A DNA stretch of 63,428 nucleotides, from contig JBNRSN020001083.1 of NCBI GenBank assembly GCA_051313645.2, forward strand, positions 1 to 63,428, read 5' to 3'. Numbering within the stretch: the first letter of the stretch is position 1; each line of letters opens with the position of its first letter. The notes beneath the pieces were generated by a model that saw only the letters and a program-made list of their open reading frames with translations, ran no database searches and had not been told where the DNA came from. The translations under genes and the position numbers were made by a program. This document shows, piece by piece, positions 1 to 13,500 of the stretch. This DNA is from Centroscyllium fabricii (taxonomy: Eukaryota).

Positions 1-25
1 GCCCATAATTTCTACAAGCGGAGTG

Positions 26-293
26 TGTGGTAAACCGGTAATATTGTTTCCCACTAATACTGTGTTGTATATAGTTACTCGTTGGTTACCATACTGTGCT
101 GTATATAGTTATCTCCTTGTTACCTCTCGTCCCCCTCCAGGCTCCACCCACAGACTGTAGTATAAAGGTGGCAGCCCTGCTGACCTCATGGCATTCCAGG
201 ACCGGATAGCGATAAGACCTGTACTCCAGTTCTTTGTTAATAAAAGCCTCAATTACTTAACTTCGTTGACTCACTGTAATTGATCATGCATCA
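26..293 (+). mobile_element. Solo LTR (268 bp), Gypsy/BEL-like
   Basis: TG...CA ends, 5-bp TSD GAGTG (21-25 and 294-298), TATAAA at 161, AATAAA at 239. Confidence 0.85.
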
Positions 294-827
294 GAGTGCA
301 GGTGTGATTTCTCTTCGTTCTTTCAACAGAACCACAATGGTCCGGATTTTGCTCTCAGCGGCGAAGGCATGGCTTTGCTGACTGTTGCCCAGAGTCTTTT
401 TGCGGTTGGTCAGCGGAGCTAATTCACCGTCCAATCCAGTGTAGCATCGTCTCTACAGGGGATCTGTGCAGTGTGTGAACAGGGCAAGCAACAATCCTCA
501 CTGAGACACGCAGAGTCTACACCAGGAATAGAAAACAGGAAATATAAATTCCGTTTAAAACATGTACAGGAAGTGAAAAATATTGGGGGGAGATATGGGA
601 TTAAAGGGGGAAGAGATAAGAGAAACAAACTCTAAAAGAAACAAATTGGCAACATTAATTTTCTTCTGATGGAATGAGACTCCAGCCGGAATATTCAGCC
701 GGCAGGGTTGGGGGGGCAGGGGAGAAGACAGCCCCGCAGGCCCTGCCGGCTTTAAACAGCAGAGCCCAATTTGAACGTGAGGCCTCAGATTCCTGCCCGC
801 AGCCAAACCGATTGAGAGGCTGTACGA

Positions 828-1230
828 TAGCAAAATACTGCAGATGCTGGAAATCCGAAATAACAGAAAATGCCGGAACACTCAGGTGGTCAGGCAACAT
901 CCGTGGAGAGAAATATAGAGTCGATGTTTCAGGTTCGATCCCTTTGTCAAGACTAAAGCCAGGAAATGGAAGAGGTAGGAAAGCAGGGGGAGCTGGGAGG
1001 GAACAGAAAACAAAGAGAGAACAAAGAGAAAAGGCGTTAAGAGGTATTCAATGCAGACACGGCTGGGAGACAGCTGTAGATTAGGTGAAAAAAGCACCAG
1101 CAGAATGGGAGGGGGCTGCTACGACAAAAAAAAGGCATGGATAAAAATAATTGGGGCCCAAGTTACAATCTCAAATTGTTGAACTCGATAGAGTCCGGAG
1201 GGCTATAAAATGCCTAATCGGAAGATGAGG
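828..1230 (-). mobile_element. Penelope-like retroelement 3' fragment
   Basis: Closely similar to 30416-30830; hammerhead-like motif at 919-954. Confidence 0.75.
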
Positions 1231-1909
1231 CTGGCTGGCCTCAGAAGTGAGGAGCTGGTCCGGGGTAGGGATCGTGAGAGGAGGATCGGCGAGGGAAGAG
1301 AGCGAGAGTCGGCAGTGGTAGGGGATCGGGTGGCTGAAGAGAGCATCGGCAGGGTCAGCCAGGGATCAGGAGAAAATTAGAGTATCGTAGCCGGTCTCAT
1401 CGTTTTGGCAAGGGGGGGGGGGGGGGTGGGAGAGGGATGGGGCAGAAGGCCCGGGAAGGTGATTGGAGGTCCGGGTTTATGGTTGGGACCCTGGATCCAA
1501 GAGGGAGGTATAAAGCCACTTACCTCCTGGATGTAGCAGTCTCCACCTCTGTTTAACTGCCGGATTTCACGAATTATGTGGGAAAAAAGGCTTCTAGCCT
1601 CATTACAATATTTAAATTGAGGTAACGCCCCCTTGGAGCGGGTTGGTCGCGCACACACCCCCAGGTAAAAGGTGCGCGCGTTGGAGGCGGGATCAGGTTG
1701 GGAAGCCCATTATTTTAAACACTAACTGCCCCAACTTTCCAAACCAACCTTTTTTTTTAAAAAAAGGGAAAATTACTGCCTCCATACTTGTAAAATTAAT
1801 TTTACCGGGCTAGAGAGGTTGTTCAGCAGTAGTTATCACTTAACATGCCGTTGAAAACGCACTAGCCCCAACTGTTTCAGCCATTTTTAATGTGGAACTG
1901 GTGGCCAAG

Positions 1910-2058
1910 CAATGTTTTAAGTTACGCGACTACACAGCACTCTGCAACTCCCGCGCAGCCAGCTCACTGGCTTTTAAATGGGAAAAACTGCACGTGCACA
2001 GTATTTTGAATGGGCCACAAGGGGCTACGCACCCAGGAAAGGTTTAAAGGGAACATTG
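1910..2058. mobile_element. Degenerate hAT MITE (CAATGTT...GGGAACATTG)
   Basis: Short TIR remnants; 8-bp TSD tggccaag / tgggtaag, with the right copy displaced to about 7504-7511 by the hAT insertion. Confidence 0.5.
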
Positions 2059-2147
2059 TGGGTAGGGTTGCAAAATTCCAGGAATTTTAAAGAGGAAACT
2101 TTCCATGGGAATTTAAAGTTTAGAGGCTTTTGTCTCTGACCCTTATT

Positions 2148-3155
2148 GGGCCAGAAATTCCGATGCCTAAAGCAGATGCCCACGGATCCGAAATTTCCGA
2201 TGCTGAGGGAGAAGGGCCCTCAGCATAATACCCAGGAATGAGTTGCACCCAAAAATTCCGATTGAAAAAGGGTCATTTTTTTCCGTGATTCTGTGGGCAA
2301 CGTTGCCTTCAGATGCCCTCCAAAAAAGCTGCAGTAACTCGTGGGTGAAGGAGAGCTGCTGCTTGTGTGGAACGGTGAAAGGACTGTTTCAGCGTGAAAA
2401 GGTAAGTTCTAGCAAATTAATTTCAGTTTTGATGTTTGCGTGGTGTTTAGTAAAAGTTGTGTGTGAGTGTGAACGTTTTAGAAACATTTTTGAAAATCGC
2501 GTTTTTAAGTGTTTTCCCCCCGTTTTTTTTAACCAAAAATGGTGCTGTTTTTTTTCAACCAAATTAAATACCTGCTCATCCCCCACTGCTGAAAGTATTT
2601 TTGGGGGTATTTCAGTCTCAGATAACTGAGAAATGCGTTTTTCATTTTAGTTGGTGGAGTGCTGAAAGGTTTCTGTTAAGGCTTGCTTTGCTAAAAGTTA
2701 AGTTCCAGCAAAATAATTTCAGTTTTGATGTTTGAGTGGTGTTTAGTAAAAGTTGTGAGTGAGTGTTATGTTTTGGAAAAGTTTTTGAAAATCGCATTTT
2801 TAAGTGTTTTTTTTAAACCAAAAATGGTGCCGTTTTTTTTCAACCAAATTGTTTGAATCAGCAGAAAAGCAAGCACATTTACCAAACTCTGCTGCTGATT
2901 AAAATGGTTGCAGTTCTCTGCAGCACTTTCTGTACTTTGATCAGGGGACGTGTGCATTTAAATTAGCCCTCAGAGGGCGGGGCTTGCTGCAGCAAGCAAG
3001 CAGAAACGTTGCCCACCAAAACTGGCTGAGCAGAAACGATGCCCACGAAGAAGGTAATCAGTACCGGAATTTTCAAGCGCAAAAACGGGACGTCTCCCGT
3101 GGGCAACGTAACGGAAACGATGCCCACGAAACGGGTCGAGCGGAATTTCTGGCCC
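2148..3155. mobile_element. Non-autonomous PIF/Harbinger-like element nested in the hAT
   Basis: Perfect 15-bp TIR GGGCCAGAAATTCCG / CGGAATTTCTGGCCC; flanks ATT/GTT; internal duplication of about 160 bp (about 2400-2570 and 2695-2850). Confidence 0.8.
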
Positions 3156-3233
3156 GTTATCTTTGTCATCAAAATAGACATTCTGTTCCATACAAATAAA
3201 AACAGGCTTTCAAAACTTGATTTAGGTTATAAT

Positions 3234-4992
3234 TGTAGCCCAGTCAATCCGTTCCCAGTGATTTGAGGGGGCCCCCGAGTTCTTTAACTCTATCTAATAT
3301 CTTTTTACGTAACCTTTCGTTAGTGAATCTTGGATCCTTTATAACTACAATTCCAGTAAATTTGAATACAATGAGCAAACACTCTTCAGTCTTATACATT
3401 CAAGACTAAATATTAACCTCTACAACAATTAACACAAACTATTTTAACAATTAACACAAACTATTTTAACAATTAAAACAGTAACTTGTAAATTTTATTG
3501 CAAGGTGAAATAAACAGTCAAAGTAAACCTTAGCACATTTCTAACTTTCTGTCTTTAACCAAGAATTTAGAGTTACAGCATTCAGTTACCTTAATCTCTT
3601 TTCAGTCAATGGGTTAATCTCAAACCTACATTCACTGCAAATAACTTAGACTTTACGTTACATCAATGAACTCACACACCTTGTGCCCATTAATATCAAC
3701 TATACTCTAAGCCGGCAGATTGAATTTACAAAATGAAAAAGCGTAGCAGGCCTGTTGTGTTGCTTGCAGACTTTGTAAATCAAACTTAAGGGTTCGTCAC
3801 TCTCATTAGAGCAATAAACAATCAATAGATCTTGGACCAGGAACAATCAATCAGTGGCTTGGCCTCTCACGAAGTGTTGAGTAAATCCAGCGCAGCCAGA
3901 GGAATTCTGAGCTGTCTCCAGGTCACTCAAAACGCTATCTGGTTAGTGGTTCATTCCTCTCAGGAATATTCTGAACTAAGCTACTGCCTCAAGCTCGAGT
4001 GTTTCGCAGCCTCAGTCAGCCCACATCACTGCTTAAACTCCGTTAACTAGTCGAACATCTTCTCACGAGTTATCTGTATTAAACTTTGGTTTAAAGCCCT
4101 CTATAATCTCGTTAAAGCATGTACCCAAGACCAGTTATAGCTCGAAGAAGTCCACTACTCTAAAATGGCTGACTAGCCTCGTGGTCTCTTCTCCTCCACT
4201 TCCCGCCTGAACTGCTAGTTTTGACTTGTCCCCTCCTTTGGTCAAAGTCCTCTTCTTTGCATCAGAGCCCGAGAGAACTTGGTGAGACTGTGTTAGCCTT
4301 CTCCTCTTCCCTCTCCCATCAGCACGACCAGTTTCTTTACTGAAGAAAACCCTCCATATTACTATTAACCTTGGACCCCGCCCTCGCTCTCAGGCTCCAG
4401 GTTATAAGCCTTGTGGTTAAGCCCACCCATACTTATATGGTGTTTGCTATCTAACCACAGGACTCATGCTTCCTTCGCTTCTCGCCTCCTCAGTGTTGCC
4501 TCGACAGCAAAAGATTGCCGGATGCAAAACACTGTCTCTTCCTCCTGCTCGCTGCTTCTCAGGCTTCGAGGCCTTGGCTCTGCCTCTCGATCTACACCTC
4601 CTCTCTCGCTGGCACACTGCCTCTCCAGGCTTCTGCCGCTCTGTGCCGCTCAGGTGGCCCAGTGGCTCCAGGAATACTGCTGAGCACAGCACAGCCTCCT
4701 ATCCGAAGACTGCTGCTCTACGCTTCCACCTCTGCTGGACTCCCCCTTTTTTCTCCAGGCTCTGCTCGACCCTGGTTTTTTGGCCCCTCCCCTGGCTTTC
4801 GTGCTCTTTTTGGGGTCATGTGACCCCACTTTGCAACCCCTGTTGTCTCAAAACGGGAACTGCAGCTCCCTCTGCTGTTTTAAAATCTGCAACTGCAGCT
4901 CTCTGCTGTTTGTGTTTCCAGCCTGTGCTATGGGACTCTCCCAGGGTCCTAAAGCCTGCCAGATTAACAGCCCAATAACTCACAGGGTTACA
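3234..4992 (-). mobile_element. Large solo LTR (about 1.76 kb) nested in the hAT
   Basis: TGTAGCCC...GGGTTACA ends; 4-bp TSD TAAT (3230-3233 and 4993-4996); orientation tentative, from minus-strand TATAA near 4405 and AATAAA near 3497. Confidence 0.75.
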
Positions 4993-5059
4993 TAATTTTT
5001 GAACTTTATTAAACCCCCACAAAAAAGACCCATCTAAAATAAAATGAGCGTCAGCTTAT

Positions 5060-6857
5060 TTAGCCTGTAATTTGTCCTTATGTTGTTCCTTTGAATCTTC
5101 TACTCAGGAGTCTTCTGCTCCTCCTGATTCTCGGACTCTGGCGTGTCCATTTCCTCCTCTGTGTCACTGTCTAGCTGTGTGGTGGACACTTCTGCATTTG
5201 GCTCAGTAAGTTGTAGGTTCGCCCGGATAGCCACCAGTTTCTCCACTCTCGTTAGTCAGCCTGTTGCACACCTTTGTATGCATATTCCCAAAAAGTGACC
5301 AGTTTCGTTCAGAGGCCGCTGATGAAGGTGGGATTTGGAGTACCACCGATGCAACAGGTGACAGGGCCGCAGATGCACAAAGTCCCTTCCACCAGGTATG
5401 TGCACTGATATGCTTGCATAATTCCCATATCCCGTCCCCATTCCAAAGACCTTGCTTGGTAGAGAACTTTGCCAGACTTCCCAGAACTTTGCCCACATCC
5501 AGATTGAGATGGAGAGAGGGTAGAAATCACACTAAGCGCTGTTGATCTGTTCTCCAGAAAGTATTGGTCTCCCAACATGCTTTGGGTCCAGCATGTGTGC
5601 TGCAGCATGAATCGGCTTGACACAAAATTCTTGACGCGTCTGTATGAATTGAACAATTACCTTCTTCTCTGCTTTGAGCAGCAGGGATGTGGGTAGGTCA
5701 ATGCTGATTTGTTCTTTTAAGTCAGTAAAAAGCCTGAGAACATCTGACAAAACAGCATTATCTCCTTCAATCTGAGCAATTGCAGCTGCTACTAGTGAGA
5801 GTAGTTTAAGGCTGCTAACTACTCTCTCCCAAAACACAACATCCAGCAGTATTTTCTTAATGGTGGTTTCCATATCCCCAGACTGGGATATTGCCATTTC
5901 TTGCAGTGAATCCTTACCCTCCAGAAGGCTGTTGTACATTATGACAGCACCACCCCATCTAGTGTTGTGGGCAGCTTCAGTGTGGTGTTCTTGTTCTTTG
6001 TAGTTTGCTTGGAGTTGTAGGTTGCTGCAACTAACTACCTGTTTTCCCGACATACTTAACTTGCTTGGCTCTCTTGTACAGTGTTTCCATGGTTCTCACC
6101 CATGATGTCCTTGAGCAGGTTGAGCCCATGAGCTGCGCACCCACCCAATAGATGTAATATGAGGGTAGGCCTCCTCCACTTGAGCCCAAGCAGCCTTCAT
6201 ATTCGCAGCATTGTCAGTAACTACTGCAAGGACCTTTTGTGATCCAAGATCGTTGATGACCACTTTCAGCTCATCAGCAATGTATGTGCCTGTGTGCTTG
6301 AAGAACATTGGGAGAGGAGTGGAGACGATGTAGTTTATGATGCCCTCCCCTCGTACATTTGACCACCCATCTGAGATAACTGCAACACAGTCTGCCATCG
6401 CTATCGTTTCTTTGAGCTTTCCTTGGACTCAGCCTCCAGCAAGTAAGTAGACAGGACAGTATGCAGGGTGAATAACATTGAAAAATCTCTTCCAGTACAC
6501 ATTGGCTGTGAGCATGAAGGGTGAGCCTGTTGCATATACAGCTCGAGCAAGGCACTCATCTGCATTCTTCTGGCTATGGTTATCCATTGTATCAAAGAAC
6601 CTTCCAAGTGGGCCAGCAATTGCTGATAAGGAGCCTGATGCTGAATGAGAACCATCATCTTCTTGAATGAAAGCAGAGGAACTCTGGGCTGACTGCTGTG
6701 AGCTTTGAGTGTCGTTGTTGCATTTGGATAAATGCTGCTGCATCTTTGTGGCATTCTTTACATATGGCTGTGTACACGGTTAGCACATGTGCACAGTCTT
6801 TCCATCTTCAATGCCTGGGGTAAAATGCTTCCACACATCCGACAGTAAACATGGCAT
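5060..6857 (-). pseudogene. hAT transposase pseudogene (BED zinc finger, DUF659-type core, dimerisation domain)
   Basis: SDVWKHF..C*.C..NATKMQQHLSKC; ISDGWSNVRGEGIINY; VVTDNAANMKAAW; NTRWGG; AAHMLDPK; PPSSAASERNWS; broken by stops and frameshifts across ORFs 5203-6743; 3' boundary approximate. Confidence 0.9.
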
Positions 6858-7999
6858 TGTTCTATGCAGAGAAATAAAGGGCATTCATCTCTGTGTCGAA
6901 CTGCAGTCGATCGGCATGATTGCAACAGGGTGAGTACATTTTTGCTGATGCTCCATGTGATGGAAGCATAACCTGTGTACACACGACGCTACATCACCAA
7001 CAGTGTATTATTTTGTATATTTTAAATTGAAGGACAACAGAGTTCAACAAGTAACTGATTTATTTGGTATAAAGTCTGATTTACTAACTGCATCATCACA
7101 TCAGCAGAAAACAAAAGGACTTCCCTCAGGACCCCGAACCTAGATCTTAAAAAAACTACAGCAGTCTTACAGATGCCTGCAGGCCAATCACAATTCGATA
7201 TGCAAATATTACAAATAGAGGGAGCTAATCACTCATCCAACCAATCAGGACACATTTGTTCAGTCACACACAAAACTTGTAATTATTAAAACAAGCCAAG
7301 TAAGAAGATAAACATATATTGATTAAGAAATTCCTTAATAATTAAGATTCCATCTCGGTTAGTAATTTTAAGAGAGGACCTGTGGTAAAAAAGAAATACA
7401 AAAAAGATATTATGCTAGCATGTGCTTTTTTGGGCAAAATTCCCAAGCTAAACTTCCCGTGGCAATTTCCCAAAAACTTTCCACCCCTTTGCAACCCTAA
7501 TTGTGGGTAAGTATCCCAACTTCACATTACAGCGATTTCAGTGCCAAATCTACGAGGACAACAACAGTGCACCCTGTGGAGCAGGATATCTGACAAACTT
7601 CTGGATATCCGCCTTTAACTGCACTTATGCAGATGCCAGAAGCTGTCAGATTTACACTAACAGCAGCGAGCGCCATTTAGTCTTGCCATTATTATTAGAC
7701 TAAAATCTGGGTCAATTTGCCTTCCAATGTTTCCCCTCCTTGTAGAAGTGTCTAGTCTTCATACTGTACTGCACTGCTGCCCCCAGCTAAGAATAAGTCT
7801 GTATGAGAAATCATGGATGTAACCCTTCTCCTATACATCCATGGCTTTGCACCTTTGGCCATTACACCATTTCTTCCATCTACTTTTACCAATCCCACCT
7901 CTACCTTCATTTATTGCTTTTGATCGTTCTCTAGCTGTACTTTGGCTTCTCTTGAAATTCTTACATCGCATCTATTTTACACATTTCTACTGAAAAATA

Positions 8000-9017
8000 T
8001 CACGTCAGAATGTAGTTAATGATTTATTTTAAAAAGTGTCAAGTTTAAAATACAGAATGCATTATAAATTTAATGATCTAGAACTTTAGTTGCCTTCATG
8101 CAGATAATAGACCGCAGCCAAATGTGACTCATTTACCAACCCCACCCCCCCCCAACCCGACCCCACCAATAAGTTGAAAAACATTAAACCAAAATGAAGG
8201 ACAATCCAAACGGGAAATATGCTTGCTGTAAAATTTTATTCATGGCAAAATAAATTTGGTCCCAAACAAAAGCAGCCAGCATTTGAGAAGCCATTTTTCT
8301 GGTTCTATTTTTGTTGGACATTCATAGAAAGGAAACAAAGCAGAGCCCTTGTCATATTTTCAGAAATATCCAATACTTAGTCAACATAATAATGTTTGAA
8401 GACGTCAAACAAATGTGTCTCTACCAGTTTACATCAGTTGTACAAAGTCTGTTATTCAAATCAGTCTAGAGATTACCAACACAAATTTATGCAGATCTGC
8501 ATATATAAACCACCATTTCAGAACATGTACTATAACAAACATACTGTGGGTTTTAGACATCACAAAACCAGAAACCTACTATACTGTGACTTGAGTGGCT
8601 TGTAATAATAATAAATCAGAATATTTCTGTTCCTTTTTGCGGATATTCCAAGCAGGAACTGTTAAAAGGTATTCGGCAATAGTTACTGCACAGTGACTTC
8701 TTCAGCATCTAAACTGCTGCCATTCAATAAGATTGTTTTTAAATTTACATAACTACTAATGCAGACATTAAACACCATATCCAAATTTATCTTCAGCATG
8801 AGTTCCAGTTTTAACTTGAAACAGATGTTTCCATACAATTGTTCAATTTATTCCAGTTTTGCTACTTTACAACATTTCTGAAGCTAACATTTCAATGTTT
8901 ATGCACATTATAAATCTGCATTGCATCACAGGTGCAAGTCTGTAGAGAAAGTTTGTTTCAGTAATTACACCTTTTACCACTAAACATAAACTCAGAATCT
9001 CTGGCACCAGTGGAGAA

Positions 9018-9049
<32 letters not shown>

Positions 9050-10336
9050 CCAGGTTACCTGTAATCTAGAAAATCTGTGTCCTGGCAAATACAACCCATT
9101 GTAAAAGCCAGATTCTGTCCAGAAGGCCCAAATAGGCCTACTGCCACAGTATCAAATCCTTCTAACCTTGTCCAAGGTCATCACACTGGCACTGCTGTCA
9201 CCAACTCTGACACTTAATAGACTTCAAACTTCCCAACAGCAACTACTCAAAAACACAATGGAAAAAAAGCAGTCCACATTAAAAAGACAACCTTCTGTGA
9301 CTGTTACTTTATACACAGCCCCCCAATGAAAAATGGCTTTTAAAATAAACACAAGGTTTAACAGCAAAATCTTGACATTTCCACACTTTCAGGGGGAGAT
9401 TCAGCGCCATCAACTGTCAAGTGGAAATGATAACTTTTAAACAGTTTTCCTTACCTGACCCATGACCTGTGATTTATGCAATAAATGCATATTTCACATT
9501 TCTGCACCAGTCCCACCAGCATCAGACTGAAGACACACCATAAGTGTAGCAGATTGCTACGGCAATGGTGAATTCAGCTTCTAGATGTAATTCATGAAGT
9601 CAGGATTGGAGATAACTGATTAAACCAACTTGCAGTAAAAACTCACAACCTAAAACTTATGGGAAGCCATCACATCCCAACATACTTTGCATTATTAGGA
9701 GGTTCCTTTTAGTTCCATTCTTCAACTACAGGACATTATGAACACAGCCACTGAACGCAATCTATTCTTTCTGCAGACAGGTAAACAAAACTGGAGGCTA
9801 GATTATAATTACAAGCCATTCAAGCAACATTCTAAACATTTCAACTACACTTGTACAGTTAGATTATACAAGACTTACTGCTGTTCTGTCGGTATCGGAT
9901 CAAAAAACCTCAACTATCAGATTTTGAGATATCATGCATTTTACTAAAAACCTTGGAAGTTGGAGATATATGAACAGGCTTTCTAGTGCAAGAAAAACAC
10001 TGCTTTCTTTGACCTTAAAAACAAAAACCTTGGTCAAACATCACAAATATCTAAATTATTACAAACTATACACAAATCTTGGAATCTTAAATCACAGCCA
10101 AGAAAGATCATGGACTACAGCAAATTCAACAAAAGTTTGGGGTTAAGCTCCAAATATAGACCAAATTTTCTTCCTATACATTGTGTGGCTCTTTTTAAAT
10201 AGTTTAAATACAGAAGTAGAAGGCGGAGATAAAAAGGCGTGCAGTTCTTTGGATTTAGCACTTTGGAATCAATTTTAGTGCTTTAAATAGTAAAATTCTT
10301 CAGTACACAAGCCACTTTTTTTTTTCTTAAATTCAT
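8000..10336 (-). other. Probable MARF1 3'UTR (about 2.3 kb)
   Basis: AT-rich stretch with no recognisable TEs below the stop codon; AATAAA on the minus strand at 8847-8852, 8235-8240, 8023-8028 and 7910-7915; exact end unknown. Confidence 0.6.
8023..8028 (-). promoter_or_regulatory. Candidate polyadenylation signal AATAAA
   Basis: tttatt on the plus strand near the end of the repeat-free tract. Confidence 0.5.
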
Positions 10337-10578
10337 TTAAAGATTAATGGGGGAGGCCAGTGAGAAATTTGCTGCCAACTTCACTTTATTTCTGGGCTTC
10401 TTAACAGGGCTGTCAGTCACTTCCGGGTGCAGTGACTTGGTTTCATGCATATCCTGGGGCTGACGCACAGTGGGACCACTCTCTTTAATCTGGTTGATAA
10501 CACTGCCACTGGTAAAAGCCTCTTCGGTCATCGCTGCAGGAAGGACAGTTTTCTCCTCCTCTGTCAAGATCATCATGT
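10337..10578 (-). CDS. MARF1: MARF1 coding exon 26, last (MMILTEEEK...[20 protein letters not shown])
   Basis: ctgaacag| acceptor, TAA stop, conserved C-terminal motif. Confidence 0.95.
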
Positions 10579-13500
10579 CTGTTCAGAAAATTATACAGCA
10601 TTACAAGACATTTTGAAACCGCGATCATTCCATGTTAAAGTTGCATACTACTTTCCCCCCTCCCCACACTCAATTACCAAGACATTCTAACTTCAGGTGT
10701 CAATTGATTCAGACGTTTCTATTCCAAGTCATTTTAAAAAAGCAACTCCTTGCAATTGACATTAATTGGCCCCAGCTACCTATATAACTGGGTTATTCAT
10801 CCAACAGCTTCATCACTTAACTGACTTTGACTGTATTTTAAAAGTTGCAAAATACACAACTTCAGGATTGAAAAGTGTACAAAAAAATTAAGGTCATTAC
10901 CAAGACAAATAACTCATCAGCTCTTCCCCATGCACAAGATTAACGTTATGGTTCCTTGTATTTAGCCCATCACAATTATCTGATCCATAAGTCATCAAAA
11001 TGTTGAGTAGTCTATCCAGCATTGCCGAGGTGACCATGTAATTGCCAATCAAGTCCACAACATACAAAGCAGCCTTTATTTTCACTTTTTGCGCATATTC
11101 CACATTATAAAAACCATAATTATTTTGGTTTTAAAAAACGATTTCACCCTGCACTTGCTTGGATTCTCTGCTCTGCCAAACCTAAACCACAGCTGCTTGC
11201 GCTACTCAGCCCATATTTCTCAAACTCAGATGGAGACACAGAAAGGAAAAGAGAGGGAACAGCGCAAAAAAAGTGATGGTAATGCAAATGTTTTCTTTTG
11301 TCCACTCCAGAGACTTGAGCACAAACTCTAGGCCGACACTCTAGTGCAGTACTGAGGGAGTGCTGCACTGTCAGAGGTGCAGTGTTTTGGATGAGATGTT
11401 AAACTGAGGCCCCGTGTGCCCTCTCAGGTAGACGCAAATGATCCCATGGCACTATTTTGAAGAGTAGCGGAGTTCTCCCTGGTGTCCTGGCCAATATTTA
11501 TACCTCAACCAACAGCAGATTATCTGGTCATGTCTCTTTGCTGTTTGTGGGAACTTGCTGTGTGCAAACGGGCAGCCGTGTTTCCCCACATTACAACAAT
11601 GACTACACTTCAAAAAAGTACTTAATTGGCTGTAAAACGCTCTGGGATGTCCAGAGGTCATGAAAAGTGCTATATAAATGCAAGTCTTTTTTATAAGCAG
11701 TGCGACAGCAGACAGTATTAAATAGTCTTTAAACATAGAAGATAGGAGTAGGCCATTCGGCCCCTTGAGCCTGCTCCGCCACTCAATGAGATCATGGCTG
11801 ATCATCCAAACTCAGTACCCTGTCCCTGCCTTCTCCCCATATCCCTTGATCCCTATAGCCCCAAGGAATCTATCCAACTCCTTCTTGAATATATTTCATG
11901 AACTGGCCTCCACCACCCTCTATGGCAGAGAATTCACAGGTTCACCACTCTCTGGGTGAAGAAATTCCTCCTCATCACAGTCCAAAATGGCTTACCCCTT
12001 ATCCTTAGACTGTGACCCCTGGTTCTGGACTCCCCGGCCATCGGGAACATCCTTCCTGCATCTAGTCTGTCCAAGCCGGACATGATTTTATAGGTTTCGA
12101 TGAGATCCTCTCTCAATCTTCTAAACTCCAGTGAGTATAAGCCCAATCGACACAATCTTTCCTCATACGTCATTCCTGCCACCCCAGGTATCAGTCTGGT
12201 GAATCTTCGCTGAACTCCTTCCATGGCAAGAACATCCTTCCTCAGATAAGGCAACCAAAATTGCACACAATACTCGAGGTACGGTTTACTGCTCATTTAA
12301 TTAACTATACTTCTTAGCCCACACCACGAGTGATTATATTAATTTATTCCCTAATATTGTGCGATATACAGTTTTAATCCATTATATAGCAGAAACTTTA
12401 TTGAGACAGTATCTGAAAAGGAAAAATTAAAATTTGTTCTCAACCTGCAACATTAGGTGGCCGTTCCTCAAATTGAATAAGATCAGCATTTTCAAGAATA
12501 ACCGGGTCTGGTCTGAGCTGAGGGGATGGCAAACAGGATGGGACGGGTCCACACAGCAAGTCAATGGGAGATGGGTTACTAAGGCAGAGAAGCTCTTGTT
12601 CAGTCTGGTATGAACCTACGAAAAGTGACACACGTTACAAGTTGTGCACATTACAGAACATATTTAGTAGTCAATGCCCGCTATACCATACATTGCATTC
12701 CCATAAAATCTTGTAAAACATCACACATTTTGGAACGAAAAGGTACTGTCCAGCATTTGAAATTTTTTTAATGAAAATTTACATTACTATCTGCCTTACT
12801 TTGCTGATAATCAGTTCACAATATGAACAGTACATTATAAAATATGTAGTTTAATAATCATCAGTCTTTGCAGAATTCAGAATTGGATTTAAATGCATCT
12901 AGTGGTTTCTTTGAATCTTGAGACTTGCTTTTGAGGTTACGATTCCCAAGAACTACACAATTTCATATTTCAGCTTCCAAATCCTCTCATTCTGCCACCT
13001 GCAAGAGAAGACGTGCAGATATTCCAATATCCAAGTCTCTCCACAGCTTTCCAACAACAACTCTGGCCTATTAGTCACTACATCGAGCAGCTTGGTCAGG
13101 ACCGCACAGATTAGAACTAGTGTTATTCTTGATCATCACCCAGTTTGCAAACAATAGCCGTACTGTGCGATTACAAAGATACCAATGCTAAGAGAACCCA
13201 TGGGATTAAATATCCTTCCTTTGCACAATTGCCAGACCTGCTCACCCCCATCAGGTTTTTAAAAAAAAATGTATTCCCGGGATGTGGGCGTTGCTGGCAA
13301 GGTCGGAATTTATTGCCCATCCAGAGTTGCCTTAAAAAAGGTTGTGGGCCGCCTTCTTAAAACTGCTGCAGTCCAGCTGCTCCCAGAATGCCATTAGGTA
13401 GGGAGTTCCAGGATGTTGACCCAGCGACAATGAAGGAACGGCGACAATGAAGGAACGGCGATATATGTCCAAGTCAGAATGATGAGAGACTTGGCGGTGA

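Larger units (their letters stand above)
2063..7499 (-). mobile_element. hAT DNA transposon with both ends intact, decayed
   Basis: TIR TAGGGTTGCAAA / TTTGCAACCCTA; perfect 8-bp TSD ATTGTGGG (2055-2062 and 7500-7507); internal transposase relic. Confidence 0.92.
339..7713. mobile_element. Old non-autonomous PIF/Harbinger-like element split by nested insertions
   Basis: Degenerate TIRs GGTCCGGATTTT / AAAATCTGGGTC, AAT on both flanks; ends resemble the element at 42931-44255. Confidence 0.55.

Noticed and set aside
4411-5022. ORFs up to 170 aa
   Set aside because: Lie within the solo LTR and show no recognisable protein motifs
12960-13010. Strong acceptor-like cttctcttgcag on the minus strand in intron 24
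   Set aside because: Stops follow in all three frames within about 50 nt and I saw no matching donor or MARF1 similarity
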